From assembly GCA_051294905.1 (NCBI GenBank), contig CM119378.1, forward strand, positions 248,001-312,000: a DNA stretch of 64,000 nt, read 5' to 3'. Below, in pieces: positions 1 through 13,884 of this stretch. This stretch comes from Botryllus schlosseri (Eukaryota). The translations under genes were made by a program, and so were the position numbers. The first letter of the stretch is position 1, and each line of letters begins with the position of its first letter. A model generated the notes under the pieces. That model ran no database searches. It saw only the letters and a program-made list of their open reading frames with translations, and was not told where the DNA came from.

Positions 1-124
1 ATACACCAAACATGATGTCCTGGTCCTAACACACCACAGACACGGTATATATCGACTATCTCTGATCGAGGGGGAATTTCCATGTATGTTTCTACTTGAA
101 CAGCTTCTTGGAGGTACATTTGAT

Positions 125-732
125 ATACAAATGAATAGTATGTTCATATTAAAATGAACCCGAATATTTTCGGCTGACACTCGTCATGGGTAATCGTCAG
201 CAACTAGTAGAGAATTCAAAAGAACAGCGTAACACAAAATATGACGTCACCAGCACGAAATGTCGAATACGAGAGCGTTCAATCTACTATTTTCAGATGA
301 TACACGAACACTTTTTGTTGACACAGCCTTGGCTGGTGCATTTTGATAAAAGTCGACTCCAAGGCACACAAATGAAAGTGTGAGCGATCCGTGCCCTTTC
401 CAAGTATGCGAAATCTGTCGTCTCGATCATTTTTCGCACAGGCGGGATTATCCAACAAGTGTTTGCCAATTGCAGAATTTATGGCCTTTGATTGTTCCGC
501 ATCAATCTTGAGCGGATGAGTTAAGGGTGAGCTTTTCACCGATCGTGTTCTAATGAATCTAGGGACATGCTGATTTAGGGACGTGCTTAGGGTGGTGGTG
601 ACGTCATATTTTGTGTTACGATTGTTCGCTGTTCTTTTGAATTCTCTACTAGTTGCTGACGTTTACCCCTGACGAGTATCAGCCGAAAATATCCGTGTTC
701 ATTTCAATATGAATATACTATTCAATTGTGTC
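125..732. mobile_element. MITE-like element with ~130 bp imperfect terminal inverted repeats
   Basis: ~125-256 (atacaaatgaatagtatgttcatatt...atgacgtcaccagcac) is the reverse complement of ~592-732 (gtggtggtgacgtcatattttgtgttacg...atactattcaattgtgt); no coding content. Confidence 0.7.
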
Positions 733-1149
733 TACTTGAGTAGTAATTATAATGAAATGTAACTAGCTAACTCTGATGCTCTCTTTTAGATGGATGTTTC
801 CATCACGTCGGTGATGGTGCTCTTAGTCTATCTAGGTAAATGAGGAAAGCACTTTTTATTTTGGAACATGCCAGTAGGTTTTCATCTGCTCGCTCTTCTA
901 GTGGTTACGTTTCTGGACTATATCAAAATTAACCGATTAATTCAAAGTTGAAATACGAACTGTTTATACTTTCTGACACGTAGAAAGTAGTTTTTTGCTT
1001 GAACACGATAATTTGGCAAGGGAAAACTTATAACAACTTCGTATACAAATCCCAGAAGGATTTTTCAATGAAAACGACGGGTCAGACGACAGATTACACT
1101 AACGCAAATCGTGGACAGACTGAACAAATATAATAGCAGACAAAGATGA

Positions 1150-1234
1150 ATATGCTAGTCTCAAAGATTAAGCCATGCAGGTGTGAGTACGAACTGAACG
1201 TAAAGTGAAACTGCGAACGGCTCATTAAATCAGT
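1150..1234 (+). pseudogene. Isolated 5' fragment of 18S rRNA
   Basis: atatgctagtctcaaagattaagccatgca...agtgaaactgcgaacggctcattaaatcagt matches the conserved 5' end of eukaryotic 18S rRNA (TATGCTTGTCTCAAAGATTAAGCCATGCA...GTGAAACTGCGAATGGCTCATTAAATCAGT); the flanks are not rDNA. Confidence 0.85.
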
Positions 1235-1355
1235 GCTTGAAGGTATGTCAGATTAGGGATGTCACATAACTACTACGCTGGTCAACTTCTTTTATGGTTC
1301 TCACAGTCTTAGTTGAAAGTGGCTTAATTTTCCCACGGGGACATCAGATGAAGTA

Positions 1356-2312
1356 GGGGAGATGTGGTACCGATGGATCAAAAATTGCAAAATGATCTCT
1401 GGCCCTCAAATCTTCTGCCGAGAATAGCAGATCTTTTGCTGTCTCGACACTTCGATACAAAAGCTCTACCTATCGCGGACACTTACATGAATATCCGCCT
1501 TTTCAAAAAATATTTATAAACGTTTAAAATTTGTTGCTTGAACGTGTTATCGGTCCCCACCCGGTGGGTCCAAAGGCACTCGACCCTGGGACCTATGAGA
1601 CATACGCTCAAAAACTCAAATTTGTTAACTTGTTTTGTTATGTACTATAAGCTTAAGCTACAGCGAGCCAATGAAGAATGTTTCGTCGCGACCTTCAAGA
1701 ATAAAATAGATTATATCAACTCAAATGTTGGCCTAAAATCATGTTTTGATTTACGCCTAGACTTACAAAATTATTGCCACATATACATCCCCGCAAATCT
1801 ACATTTTGACTTTCAAATACCTCGTAATAGCGATAAAACACCACAGGTAACTATGGTTTACAGCCTATATATATGTAAGCGAGTTTCTGTTAAGTGATTA
1901 GTTGGTCCATCTATTTTGCTTGATTTGGCTATGGTACCATAGGTCCCTCACCCCATAAATATTGTAATTGACTTGATAGTCCACTCGAGGATGGTGTTGA
2001 TTCAATAAATATGTGCCATTATATACCCTGATACAAGCCCTATACTTCACATAAAAAATTATGGCAGGTTTGTTAGTCTGAAAGGTGATATAGAAAAATG
2101 CAAATGTCGATCCAAATTTACTTTACGCCCCCTAAAACGTAAATCATTCGTCACAGACCCCATAACTTAAGCAGGTCGATTTTTTTGCATGTAAGGACAG
2201 ATTCTACCAGCATGTAATTGTAGACAAATTCACGGAGTGTAATCATGGAATTATCATGGATAATTTTTCAAGTATTTCCAGTCCCAGTGATCCATCGGTA
2301 CCACATCTCCCC
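1356..2312. mobile_element. Non-autonomous DNA transposon with TA TSD (Tc1/mariner/pogo-type MITE)
   Basis: 25-bp perfect TIR ggggagatgtggtaccgatggatca / tgatccatcggtaccacatctcccc, TA on both sides; a diverged partial copy starts at ~57831. Confidence 0.8.
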
Positions 2313-2401
2313 TACCTTTGATCTGTGTATTCTGGTGTAAACTGATTACCACTGATCCCGCAGTCCAGGACAATAAGAGGATAATATAGTTGGGTTATAT
2401 T

Positions 2402-2960
2402 CAGGGTTGTAACCAAGTCACAAGGCTCCGAGTCACAAGTCAATCTCACTTTTATAGTTTTGACTCGAGTCAAGTCGAGTCATTTCAATTCACCACCGAG
2501 TCAAGTCCGAGTCCAAGTCAGCGAGCATAGGGTCGAGTCTGAGTCCAAGTCATTGTGCTGACTGCTCAGTTTCCAGTTAAAGTCTTGGTAAACCCACTTT
2601 TTATAACTCTGTTTGGTGATATCGAATGGTTCGCATTTATAATATAACACTTTTCCTCACTTTTAGCAGTTTCTGGTCGCATTGTCAAGTACCAGTACCA
2701 ACAGACGAAATCCCAATAGTGTGTTGGCTTCCAAATTACAATCAAATGTCGGTCTTGGCCGTCTGAGTCTCGAGTCAATGACTTGGTTCGAGTCATGCGC
2801 AATGACTCGATTCCAAGTCCAGTCAATACACAGATTGACTCGAGTCGAGTCGAGTCATTTCCGTATTTTGAAAAAATGACTCGAGTCAAGTCGAGTCATA
2901 AGAAAATCGTGACTCGAGTCGGACTCGAGTCGAGTCATGACTCGAGTCATTACAACCCTG
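2402..2960. mobile_element. hAT-type MITE with GACTCGAGTC subterminal repeats
   Basis: TIR cagggttgtaa / ttacaaccctg; 8-bp TSD gttatatt at 2394-2401 and 2961-2968; dense (ga)ctcgagtc repeats at both ends. Confidence 0.92.
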
Positions 2961-3236
2961 GTTATATTTATTATCTGTAGTCACACCCAATGTACAATGC
3001 GATAAGACACAATGCGATGTGATGAACGGATAGGACGATGTCGAACGACACGCATGCAGTTGCGATCCTTTTAATCTAAAATCCACCTGGGCATAGAGTG
3101 TCCGATGTCACGCAGTGCTTTTCGATCTTGAACTTGTTGAGGCCGCGGCCCTTTCTACTGCTGGTTCTTTCCATTATTTGTGAGTGCTTTCTTTCGTTGG
3201 GTCTTTTACTGGGCTTTTTTGTCGCCGTAAGAACGG

Positions 3237-3412
3237 CAGCGGCGGGGGAGAGGAGCCCAGATAAACCTCCGACGGAAATCGAACTGCATCCGCCAGATTG
3301 GTGGGCGCTTACCACTATGCTATCTCCCCCGTCCATTCGACAACTTCCTATCTTTTCATTGTATCGCAGAGTTGCAGGCTTTTGAAATGATGAAATTGTT
3401 AATAGAAGTTCT
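3237..3412 (-). repeat. Dispersed repeat with tRNA-like A/B boxes; inverted copy at 7068-7244
   Basis: Reverse complement aligns to 7068-7244. The minus strand has tagcatagtggt (A-box-like) and gttcgatttc (B-box-like). Confidence 0.6.
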
Positions 3413-3415
3413 ATT

Positions 3416-4612
3416 ATAGAACTGACACTGTGGTCCGGTGTCAACAGATTACAATGTCATAACCATTAAAAGTTTACTACATTTTAGAATTACAAAACAA
3501 AGTACAAAACGACATGGAATAAAGTGAGAGAGCGAGAGAGAGAGAGTAACAAAGTAAAATTGTGTCGCAACTCATAACTAGACGTTGAAGAATTACATTA
3601 CTTGACAAAATGAAATAACTTACAAAATTTTTAGCCAAATATAAGCTTCAACAAAGTCCAGGAAAAGATAACCTGAGAAAATTACGAGATGCGTCTGATC
3701 CGCGGTCCGCCGTTTACATTGCAAATTTTGTAATAGTCCGCCGGTCCGCAGTTCCGCCGTTTAGTGTTACATGTTCCGCTGTTCCGCGGTCCGCCGTTTA
3801 GTATTGAGCTATTTTGTTATGGTCCGCCCGGTCCGCAGTTCCGCTCGGTCCGCTGTTTAGTATTACATGTTTCGCTGTTCCGCGGTCCGCCGTTTAGTAT
3901 TGAGCTATTTTGTTACAGTCCGCTCGGTCCGCAGTTCCGCTTGGTCCGCCGTTTAGTATTGCAAGTTCCGCTAGTTCCGCAGTCCGCTCGTTCCGCCGTT
4001 TAGAGTTGCCCTACGTAGGTTAGTAATCTAGTCTGAATATTCTGAATGGGCAACTCTAAACGGCGGAACGAGCGGACTGCGGAACTAGCGATACTAAACG
4101 GCGGACCAAGCGGAACTGCGGACCGTAACAAAATAGCTCAATACTAAACGGCGGACCGCGGAGCAGCGGAACATGTAATACTAAACAGCGGACCGAGCGG
4201 AACTGCGGACCGGGTGGACCATAACAAAATAGCTCAATACTAAACGGCGGACCCTGGAACAGCGGAACATGTAATACTAAACGGCGGACGGAGCGGAACT
4301 GCGGACCGGCGGACTATCACAAAATTTGTAATGTAAACGGCGGACCGCGGATCAGGCGCATCTCGTAATTTTCTCAAGTTATCTTTTCGTGGACTTTGTT
4401 GAAGCTTATATTTTGCTGAAAATTTTGTCAAGTAATTTCATTTTGTCAAGTAATGTAATTCTTCAACGTCTAGTTATGAGTTACGACACAATTTTACTTT
4501 ATTCCATGTCGTTTTGTACTTTATTATATGTTTTGTAATTCGAAAATGTAGTAAACTTTTAACGGTCATGTCATTGTAATCTGTTGACACCGGACCACAG
4601 TGTCAGTTCTAT
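3416..4612. repeat. ~1.2 kb near-perfect palindrome (arms 3416-4011 and 4048-4612)
   Basis: The arms are reverse complements (atagaactgacactgtggtccgg... / ...ccggaccacagtgtcagttctat), with a 36-nt spacer and internal cggtccgc/gttccgc repeats. Confidence 0.9.
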
Positions 4613-7245
4613 CATCTTCAAAATGACTTCACCTTATTTCGTACATTATGTGGTTAGGAATATGAATAAAATAATGAAAATTGAAATTACCTGATAGTTT
4701 TCAAGTAATTTGAATTACAAATCGAAATTCCGGAAAACGGAAACGAAATCACCCAGCCGTGAAATGACGTCAAGTAGTTGACACAACAAAAGTCCTTGTT
4801 ATTTCTGTTGGCTGTTAGGTGGGATTATTGCTTAGATTTGCTGTGGATTTGGGTCTTTGAGTGGGATCATGAAAGCTGTGAAGGAGATAATTCATAGAGT
4901 CAGATGTTATGTCGCGTATGGTTGGTCCAATACGCAATATGCCGTACCTACAATGCATTGACATCGCTGCCAAAACCCATCCATATACCGACAGGCGACC
5001 GGACGCCATTAAGACCAAAAGTGCGGACTTATAGACAACCAATCTTCAAATGCGAATCACTAACAAGTATCTTGCTTCAATGAAGTATCCGAGATACGCA
5101 AGAAAACTGACTACTGAACACGGGCAACTCTTGCCGACGTTCTGCAGTAGTGCCGTTCATATTTTATTTCCACGCACCAGTGAAATTGTGGTAATGTCAG
5201 AGGAACGCACTTCTAAAGCTATACAAAGTGTCCGAAATCGGTAAGTGAAAATGTACTGTGTCAGCTATAGTTTTGTAAGAGTGTAACTAACCGCTTATAG
5301 TAGTATTAACTGTGGTATGGTAGTCATCGAAGTATTATTATTGTTTACACTCACGTGCATGTGCAAATAACTGAAATATGTATGCCTTGAAAAACTTGTA
5401 AGTAGAAGTGTACATAGTCTGAAATAAAAACACTTGAAAATCAATTAAGAAAAAAAGATCTATAAATGCATTAGTTACTATAAAGGGAGTTCATAACCTG
5501 CTGACTTCATGACGTATAATGGTTATATATCGCTGACCTCCTATTAATGGAAGAGTTGCTATTACTTTTGAAAATACACTTCTTTTTGTGTACGGTACAT
5601 GTACGGTCATGTAATCATATTAGTTACTTTAGTTATTGAATGAGGAGTGTCAGATATCTGTGACTGAGCCTATCAATATTGACCGCTCAGTAAAAGATGA
5701 AAACTTATCACTATCATCATAATAGTCGTAAAGTTAGGTAGGATGCAGTTGGCAATCCTTCATGCCTTTGATTCGACTTTGTTATAAAACTCAGTGATAT
5801 TTTTACTTCTGCTCTAGATTCCTGCAATGATGAAGTTGACGCATTCATTAAAGCAAGACCAGAAACGGCCGAGTCGACCAAGTCTACTGTGATGATTCAT
5901 CCTCATTCGACAAACGGCATCGTCAAAATTAGTTGAAAGAAGCTATTGCTGGACACAAAACTCTATATTTCTCTCCCTGACACAGTAGTACTGTTGATGG
6001 ATTGGTTATGTTGCATTTATTATTTTCAATACAACTATTCCTTCACGAAGCATTGTAAAATTGAAAAGTACTGGATTTGATCGGATGCGCAGACAGGATT
6101 TTTCGTTGGCTTTTGTTGCAGAATCCCAGTGGCCAGCCAACAAAATTTCCGTGTACAGTTTTTCTCAGCTTCCTGAAAAGCGTAATTGTTGTGTTACTGA
6201 CGGGTCATTATTTGGCACCCGACTCAACATTTCATGTGAATGAGACTCATTCGCTCATGCATCAAACTGGATGTTATAATTATATGACAATATTCCTGTT
6301 GATATCTATAGCGAGACAATCTCCAATACATACTCTTGATTGAAATCCTGATAATGCTGTGATGCACTAATAATTCATTCGTTGCTCGAGGGACCTGTTT
6401 GCGGCACTTCAACTCTCCCCTGATAGTTTGCATAAGTTGGCAACCTCCATCCTCTCAACTGTAATTGATAATACCAAGATTAATAACTGAAAGAGGTTCT
6501 CCACCACATTACACATACCGGTGTATTTCATTTGGTCTAGACAAGCGGATTAAGCTGAACAAGCTAGGCTGATCATACTATATATCACTAACATCCTTAG
6601 GTTATAGTCATCAATAATCATACTCAAACGACCCCTCGTTTTCGGAGCAGCAAGAAGTTCCACTGATATGGGATCGAGCACATCAACACTTGAAACGTGT
6701 CCTCGTTTCAACATTACTTTCGTAAGTGAGAGGAAAAAGCATACTTACATTCGACATCTGAATACTCGGACTCGCCTGGTGAATCCATTACAAGCGAAAC
6801 CTCCGCCATAACTAACTACATTAAGCGCCCTGCTACTGCAAGACCGCCAACCCTATAGCATACATCTGCAGCGGCCAGAAGAGATGTCAACTACATGACG
6901 TCACAATGAACATTCCGCTTTTTCTGTAAACATACCAATATTGGGACTTTAGGTCCAAATTACGGCAATTTCCGATTAGTTTGAAATACGGAAAGTCGGC
7001 CATTTCGGTATGAAAAAAAATTCTGAACATGATTCCGCAAAGTTGTCTATGAAGATGCAGTTGACCTTTAACAATTTCATCATTTCAAAAGACTACAACA
7101 CTTCGATACAATGAAAGGATAGGAAGTTGTCGAATGAACGGGGGAGATAGCGTCTCAGTGGTAACGATAAGCGCCTACCAATCTGGCGGATCGGATCGAT
7201 TCCCGTCGGAGGTTTATCTGGGCTCCTCTTCCCCGCCGGCAGCCT

Positions 7246-7712
7246 CATCATCATTGGTTTATTAGCAATTTTATCAGTTCAATACACCACAAAAATGCGA
7301 TACAATGAATAGACAGGAAGATGTCGAAGCGACAAGGAGTAGTCTATGGAATCTGACACCCACCTTGGCCTAGACGATGTAAAGAGGAGGCATGCACACT
7401 GAATGAAAGTAAAGAAGATAGTATAGAAAAAGAAAGCGACAAGAAATAGAGCGGCATGTCATGGGAAGCGAGATCGATAGGTCAGTCGTGGTCCGGTAAT
7501 CTTGAGGATGGACTGTATTTATTTAGTAGTAACTGCTTGTATTTCGACTTGAATGTGGACATGCTCGTCGACTGTCGGATGGCCGGTGGGATACTGTCCC
7601 ACACATGGAAGCTGTTTCGACCCTGGCTGGCTACGTCACTTCATTTATGTGCATTGCGGTATTTATTAACGTCGGGTATGAAGTACCGATTCAAGATGTC
7701 TGAGCTATCGCG
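7246..7712 (-). mobile_element. 3' end of a CR1/L2-type LINE
   Basis: Minus strand encodes VWDSIPPAIRQSTSMSTFKSKYKQLLLNKY (typical CR1/L2 ORF2 C-terminus), then a 3' UTR ending aataaaccaat(gat)n. Confidence 0.75.
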
Positions 7713-9837
7713 GCGGTTCCCTCAAAAATCACTAAAAGACAAATGACTAGCTGAACACATGTTTGTTAACTGCATACTTCCCAACACCAAACGGAACCAT
7801 TGGTCTATTGCCGACGGCTAAATGAATAGGAGAAATATTTGCCTATGACATCACAATCAAGCGATGTACTATTACACTTGAGATAACATCTTACCATATT
7901 GCTCATTAACCTGTGCGTCAACCTGTACTGGCCCATAAACCTGCCTTTGTGATAGCTATTAGCCATCGGCTAATTGTAATTCGGATCTGGCACACCCCTG
8001 TACACCCCATCCGAGTGGTACACCCTTTGCAAATTCTGGTACACCCTAAGTAGGGTGTACGACAACCCCGGTTGAAGAGCACTGTTCTATAGACTGCGAA
8101 TCGGAATTTTGTGCGATCATCTGTGGCGTCACAATAAATCCGTGTAAATGGTGACCTATGCTAATATAGATTACTAGTAGACTAGGCTTACCATACGTCC
8201 TCTTTTAGGAGGATTTGTCCTCTTTTTTGACTTTTTTGAAAGTGTCCTCGGAGGACGCCCTTTTGTCCTCTTTTTGAGATTTTGTCCTCTTTTTTGAAAA
8301 TTTAGGTCAGATTTAGAGCAAATTGCGAGTGATATGCCGCAAATTAGCACAGAAGTGACGCTCCGGCCGGTATCTCGGAGCGAAAAACGGTGATTTTAGC
8401 TCTTAGCGCAAAGATGACCTTTTTTTTTAGTCAACCGCTCGCTGTTAGCCGACGAAAATGATGCTATTTCTTGGCGTCTTGTTCTCGTGATGGAAGTTCT
8501 GAAATTATGATTCTATCCTTATCACTAACTGCAATGATTCTATCATTATTATTTTCGCCATTTAGCGCCCGATACTACACCAGGTTGGACTGGGTTCAAC
8601 ACAAACCCTTTCTAGATATATTATTACTTTAGCCAAATAGCTGTCTGGTTGAAAGACTTCATATCCTTTCAATACCTTCCTATTCTTCAATCTCATCACT
8701 ATCTGTTGGTGTTTTTAAATGATAAAATACTAATAACACCAACTAGATCTCATCCTTTCTGATTATTGACAATTAAACAGTGTCCCAGTAGTATTTTAGC
8801 AGTTATAATACTAATAATACCATGCAACTATAGATCTCATCCTCTCTGATCATTGACAATTAAACGATGTACCAGTTGTCAGGGTTGTAACCAAGTCACA
8901 TGGTTCCGAGTCACGAGTCAATCTGACTTTTGTGGTTTTGACTCGAGTCGAGTCGAGTCATTTTCAATTCATCACCGACTCGAGTCCGAGTCCAAGTCAC
9001 CGTTTTAAGGGTCAAGTCCGAGTCATAGTGTTTTGACTCGAGTCGAGTCCAAGTCACAGTATTGAAGTCATGTCAACATATGTTTTCAATCCTGCTTGGG
9101 TGATATCGAATTCCTTGCTTGCCAAACATGCTTATTTTGTCCCTATCATAGTCTTGGCACATGTTTATTTAGGCAGATAACATACAGTTCCTGGCCTCAT
9201 TTACCGATGCGATAGATAGACGAGACAGGCCACCAATACGATAACTTTACTAATCTTAGAACTTTAAATCAAATATCTGTCTTGTCAGTCTGATATATCA
9301 CAAATACAAGCATTCAGTTTTTATTACGAGCACATCGACGACCGCTCACAAATAGCTTATTGAGAATTAACGAATTCACGTCTACATACTATCTGATAGA
9401 GAACTTACGAAGCACGTCTATCTAGATACAAGCTGGTAAAGAATCAACAGATAAACGTTTATGTAGAGGTACAGTTTTGCTTTCACATTATATCAGGTGG
9501 TTGACCAGAAAAAGGTCAACTTTCCTGCTCAGCTCCCGAAATAGTCGCCAGAGCGTTACTTTAGTGCTGATTTACTGTTATCTTAGTCGAATTTGCCCTA
9601 CGTTTACCAAAAAAAATTCTCAAAAATGAGGACATAATCTCAAAAAGGAAGCTACTTCTTAAAATTGTTAGATGATCTAAAAGAACTTAAATTTGGCGCA
9701 ATTCCAACCAGTAAAAAGCAATGCTAAGAGAAAATATTTTGGATTAATTACAAATAGAGACTTTTCGGATTTTACCGGCTATCTCATGATATTGCTAGAT
9801 TGTGTAAAAATATGATTCATATCAAATTTGGCTCAAT

Positions 9838-12800
9838 AGACACTTACGTGACCTTTGACACGAACCAATCAGGTTGCAGCAGGATGTAAACAAAGAACAA
9901 GCCCGGGCAAGCTTACTATGAGTTCTTATGGAAAAAGGTTGAAAAATGAAGGTTTTAAGCAAGATTACGTTGAATTGGGGATGACTGTCCCTAATGAATA
10001 GTAATAGCGTAGAGCTAGTATGTAGTTGCAGCTTTTAATCTAGGATGAACATGAATGGTGGCAAGTACGCACCAGCGTGCTGTGTCCAAATACACGGGTT
10101 TTTGACAACTTTTCGGATTAAGCGACGATTGTTGTATACTATACTATAGGATTGTGGTGATGCATATTTTGACGATTTCATAGGCTCCAGGTCTCGAGCA
10201 AAATTTTCAAGCTGATCTCATGTTCAGAAATATATATACTATGAAATATAGCTGCTTCCACACATCACAATTTTTGTGTATTTATTATGAAACTTGAAAG
10301 CTATGGAGATTCTATCGAATTTATGGATTTGAGTGGAACAGCATCTTCTTCTAACACCGCGGAGAAAGCTTCGAAGTATTTCATGGAGCGCTACGCACAC
10401 GATTTAGGGATAAAGATTGAGGAGACAATCCACTCTTTTTGGAAGCAATATTCTAGTGAACAGCCAATGTTATCGCAACTTGCGGAAAAGTGAGATAACA
10501 CACTCAATGGAAATACACGTTCTCGGAAAATCCATTATTGATTCGTCTTGCACTTGTAAGACAGGGTAAGTAAGGAAAAAGACATATTTTCAGAGACTCC
10601 TGCAATAGATATTTTAACCATGATTTATTTTCATATTAGGTTCTGATATATGCTCTCATGCATATGCATTGATTAAGACAATCCAGCACCTGAAGCTAAA
10701 AGGACTACATTGTGATTTGCATCAGCATCAGTGAGCTCCATTGTGATTGACAAGCAATCTCTCCACCGTACTCGCAACCGATCAACTCCTGCCTCAAGGT
10801 AGATTTTGGTGTATCTGGTGTCTTCAGTTTTATAACATTCCACCAAACACAAATAATCCTAGAACATTTTCTTCTGGAGAATTGTTCATTCAACAAATTG
10901 GGCATCTAAATAAGCTTCAATGCACACCACTGGAATATCTAGACATGCACTGTTGGTACAGACTGACCTTGGCACCGCGCAAATACGATCCGTAGCATGC
11001 TATTAGGCATTACGATATTCACAATGGAACTGAATTTGCACAATTGCCGAATATGTTGCGTCATTCATTTTTAATTTTCAATCTTGAATTAGAGTATGCA
11101 ATTAGTCAGTATTTGGTTAGTTGTGATACACAATGCTGCATAGTATGACACCGAACAAAATTTTATACTCCTTGATTCTTCCGATCAGCTGTTCAATATG
11201 AATACGTTCTCTCGCCATCTTTCTTGTTGTGGAACAGTCTTGCTCAGGCATTTGACGTTGTGTAAATCATGTGCAGGAATATTTAAATCTAGATTCAATT
11301 TCTTGATTTCAGACTCAATGGTGAATCCCTTTTCTGCCATGATAGCATTGCCTGGCTCACCATAGCTGAACTCCATCATTTTCTTGCATTTCTTGTCGAA
11401 TCCACATATTTAACTAATATTTCGATCTGAAATGCTCCCTGTGAACAGTTCCTGCATAAAAGTAAGTGTACCACAATCCATCAATCCTTTCAAAGTTGTA
11501 TGTGATTTATTGACAGTCAATAATCATTCTAGATTTGAGAAATCATGAATGAATGCAAATGGTGCATTTTTACGAACCACATATCTACATGGCCAAATCG
11601 CGATTTAATGAAGCAGTTACATGTGGCTGAACCAATTGTTTAATAGTATGCTTACAGCAATACCATAAATTTGCCGTCAGTAGGATAAGTCGGACAATTC
11701 AGAAAGAATTTAATGTAGTCTAGCATAAAATTTCAGCTTCTCCGCATCTTTTGACATTATGATGCTCCTCTGAGAACTGAACTTCACTGGCAATAATTGT
11801 CCGTCAATTTGTAATTTTCCTGGACGAGTTTCCTGTTTTGTGCTTCTATACTTCTTCCAGAAATTTGATTTTCTTGCGTTTTATCCATCGACTTCCTCTT
11901 TCTGCAGCTTCATAAAAGAAATCCATCAAGCCTGCACAAAATATATAATATGTTTATTTTACAGAGCAATACTGCTGTGCAGGCACCTATCAAGGCGTAC
12001 TCGTCCGACTCATGCAACGTATCACCGCTACCAATTTCAACCATTCATCTCATTATTGAATATATATTGCTCTCAACAATTTCAATACATCACACACCAT
12101 CAAGCAACAAGACTGGAGTGGAATAAAACTAGACACACACCAAGTCGATTGTGGCATCAAGTGTGACTGCATTTCAGATTGGACTCATTTTGAAACACAG
12201 AATTGTTTCATCTAGATTATGTCACGATTCAATTTTTGGTACAATAATAGATATGTCATTTTATTAATAAAATGAGAATTCAGATGACTACAAGGAAGTC
12301 CACATGCCTTTATCCAGATTTTACATTCTTCCATGCATGTTATTGGTTCTGGGAAAGGTAAAAGCGCACACTAGGAACGGTCTGGGTAGCCATCTCCATA
12401 TTACACAGGCTATTAGCACAGTGTTTATCCGGCATTTATCCTGATTCAACACACGAGTTAGATTTCAGCTGGGAACGGATCATGTTGCCTAACATATATC
12501 ATATTAATATGATCATTGAATATGCATACAGGTGTCCAGTGTAACAGTAATTTGCTAGATAATGATACAGACTTTAGACTACTATACACGAATGTCGATT
12601 CCATAAATAGAACGCATATAACGCCAAGCCCACATAATGGATACCACACATATCCTGACTCAAGATTCCTCTAATACATGCTCTTCGGTACGACAATCCT
12701 ATAGTATACGACTAAGGATAATACAGCAATAGTTGCTTCATCCGAAAAGTTGTCAGAAATTCATTCATTTGGACATACCATGCTGATGCGTGCTTGCCAC

Positions 12801-13021
12801 CATTCATGCTTATTGTAGGTTATAACACTGCAAATACATACTAGCTCTACGTTATTACCATTCACCAAAGCCAGCTATTCCCAATTCAATGTAATTTTGC
12901 TAAAAACCTATATTTTTCAACCTTTTTCCATAAGAGCTCATAGTAAGCTTGCCCGGGCTTGTTCTTTGTTTACATCCTGCTGCAACCTGATTGGTTCGTG
13001 TCAAAGGTCACGTAAGTGTCT
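9838..13021 (-). mobile_element. ISL2EU-like (PIF/Harbinger superfamily) DNA transposon, decayed
   Basis: ~320-bp TIRs starting agacacttacgtgacctttgacacg and ending cgtgtcaaaggtcacgtaagtgtct; AT on both sides (9836-37, 13022-23); internal DDE transposase remnant. Confidence 0.8.
11120..11860 (-). pseudogene. Harbinger/ISL2EU-type DDE transposase remnant
   Basis: Frameshifted minus-strand motifs SRMIIDC, NKSHTTLKGL, TFMQELFTGSISDRN, AIMAEKGFTI...LNIP, ARERIHIEQLIGRIKEYKIL. Confidence 0.75.
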
Positions 13022-13414
13022 ATTCCAACTGGAAGAAGCGAAGTTATTGGAGTGGAATATTTTGGATATGAAAAAATAGTCAACTTACAACTATTATGTA
13101 ATTATATTGTATGAAATCATTTCTCACTAAAAATACTCCATGTATTTCCAAATCCAAAATTTTCTCCTCTCATATCATTGATTCCACCTTCTGAAATCAA
13201 GCCAGATTCAGTTTTCTTTTTATGCAACGTAACAATTTTATCAAGTAGCCACCCAATATAATAAAAAAGAAGTTATTTTTGATCGGCCCTATTGTACAAA
13301 CATCACACAACATTAGCCATTCATTATTACTCACGTGCACAATGCACATACCTAACAAAACGTCAAATGGACGGAGGGTATTGTGTGTTTTGATAGACAG
13401 CAGATATAAAATCA

Positions 13415-13652
13415 ATGAGTTACACTTGAAAAATACTAAAGTGGAAAGGAGATTCTCATTTATGTTGAGGCGGCGTGGCCTTAGAATAATCCACACCCAC
13501 TGGATACACGTTCCACTGGTGCATTAGATGCAGGAATTTTAAACCACACTGAAGAGCATTAGATACTCATCCATTCTAGTCGCCAAAAATGCAAAGAATC
13601 ATCGCCTTCAGATCTACATATGATCTTATCAGTCTCTTCCATGTAGGCTACT
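13415..13652 (-). pseudogene. hAT transposase C-terminal (dimerisation) remnant, interrupted by the LTR element and continuing upstream at ~17819-17930
   Basis: Minus strand reads DSLHFWR...IPASNAPVERVSSG..IILRPRRLNINENLLSTLVFFKCN with stops and frameshifts. Confidence 0.7.
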
Positions 13653-13884
13653 TGTGAGAAGTATATTTAAAAGATGCAAAAATAGAAAGTGGCACAACTG
13701 CAACGCAACAACGACCTCTCTCTCCACGGGTCACACGAGCTCTGAGTCCCAATATTCACGACTATCAAACAACACGATTCCAACTAATTAACGAGCAATC
13801 AATCAGTCGCACGCGCTATAATCAGCGTCCGATGTAACAGTCAGTACACGAAATCTACAAAGGCACATTCCCCCGTGATGAATA

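Noticed and set aside
6578..6640. Possible Merlin/IS1595-like transposase trace (SLTSLGYSHQ..NH...DP)
   Set aside because: Too short and needs several indels; cannot be supported without an alignment.
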